From Octopus vulgaris (taxonomy: Eukaryota), in the NCBI GenBank assembly GCA_951406725.2, contig OX597814.1, forward strand, positions 67,146,001 through 67,210,000: DNA of 64,000 nt. The letters are read 5' to 3'. Both the position numbers and the translations under genes were made by a program. Each line of letters starts with the position of its first letter. The stretch's first letter is position 1. Below are positions 62,780 to 64,000 of the stretch, piece by piece. The notes under the pieces are model-generated. The model saw only the letters and a program-made list of their open reading frames with translations, was not told the origin of the DNA and did not search any database.

Positions 62780-64000
62780 AGGCAGGCAGACAGACAGATA
62801 GATAGATAGATATGACAGACTTTGTCAGTCTAAAGCTATAGTAGAAGACACTTGACCATAGCTCCAATCAGTGGGACTGAACCTAGAATCATGTGACTGG
62901 GAAGCAAACTTCTTACCACACTTTCATCATATCACTATGACTAAGTCTAAACTTTTGACACCTTATGAAATTCAAAAGAGAATATAAGACATTGCATCTG
63001 TTTCAGATGGCTCTTCTACTATGTAATTGCTTCAGTTTCCACACACTGCCTCAGTTTGTTAAGCATGTACAACTTCAAAAACAAATTATATTATGTTTTC
63101 TTCTTAGTGATAATGCTCTTTTTAGTGCAAATTTCGGGAATAATGATGAGGTGCCACACATTGAAGGTGACCTACATAATTCTGATCATTCTTACACATA
63201 CTTTGTATAGGAGTCTGAATTTTGTATATAACTGGGAGAACTTTTGAATCATCTATTTGACAATAGTTTGAACAAATCATACCTGCATGTATCTATACTT
63301 GTAATATGTATAGCAACATGAATAACTTTTATATATATATATAGGGATAAATTATCCAGATGGGTACCTTAAGAGCTCTCAGGTACATTCAAGGTTCTAA
63401 GGATCACGTAGGGAGAGCAATTCCACTAATATATATATATAAGTTATTCCTGCTGCTACACTTTTTATATTGTCAAGAAATATATTCCTGGTTATGTCAG
63501 GATGTTACAGGTGGTTTATGTTTTCTTAATTTTCAGATGGGGCTTTACTTTTATCATAAAAACCAATATAGGCACATGACAGGCTCTTAGAGAATAGTAG
63601 CACTCAAAATTATTGCTGGGTTTCTACACATACATACAATAACAACAACAAAAAGCCAAAATAGTCAACAAAAGCTCAGCTTGGGTCAAACAGACGAACC
63701 CAGAAGGTTCTTTTGGTGTGGTAAGAGGAGCATTTGGCAGCACAGATGTCTGTGGCCTACATGATTATTTATATTAGACATTAAGTAAGAAATTCCAGTC
63801 AATGTGCTTTGTCCTATATAGGGAAGATGCTTTAACCATCTTTAGATGCACAAATTGGCACACCCTGGATAGGCTTAGGAAAGACCTAACTCACACTCCT
63901 AAGGATTTCAGATTACCATGGTGACCAACCTTAGCATAGTAAATTTCTTTGATTTGCACACTAGTTCAAACAGACTTAACTACAAATCTACTGAAAGGCT

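Overview
AT-rich, repeat-dense animal genomic DNA; the SINE, RTE and (TA)n content suggests an octopod cephalopod (inference). The backbone is one minus-strand host gene, COP9 signalosome subunit 1 (CSN1/GPS1). Ten coding exons (357 codons) can be read from the ATG at 53489 down to 5944, all with GT-AG boundaries and consistent phases; the C-terminal exons lie beyond the left edge. Its 5' end sits in a compact motif-rich promoter that may also drive a divergent gene. Introns and the upstream region are filled with mobile DNA: a very young TSD-flanked RTE LINE with an intact 684-aa RT frame and an internal PHD finger, older RTE relics, Penelope-like relics, mariner, DD37D, pogo and Merlin DNA transposons and MITEs, Helitron-like ends, a Gypsy relic, a probable solo LTR and several tRNA-derived SINE families. 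The most unusual items are a 1.6-kb ORF1-only (HAL1-like) retroelement bounded by an 18-bp direct repeat, with a diverged relative 4 kb away; five candidate minimal hammerhead ribozymes in (TA)n-embedded Penelope-type termini; and several long near-perfect palindromes in CSN1 introns. All calls were made by eye; no searches or folding were run.
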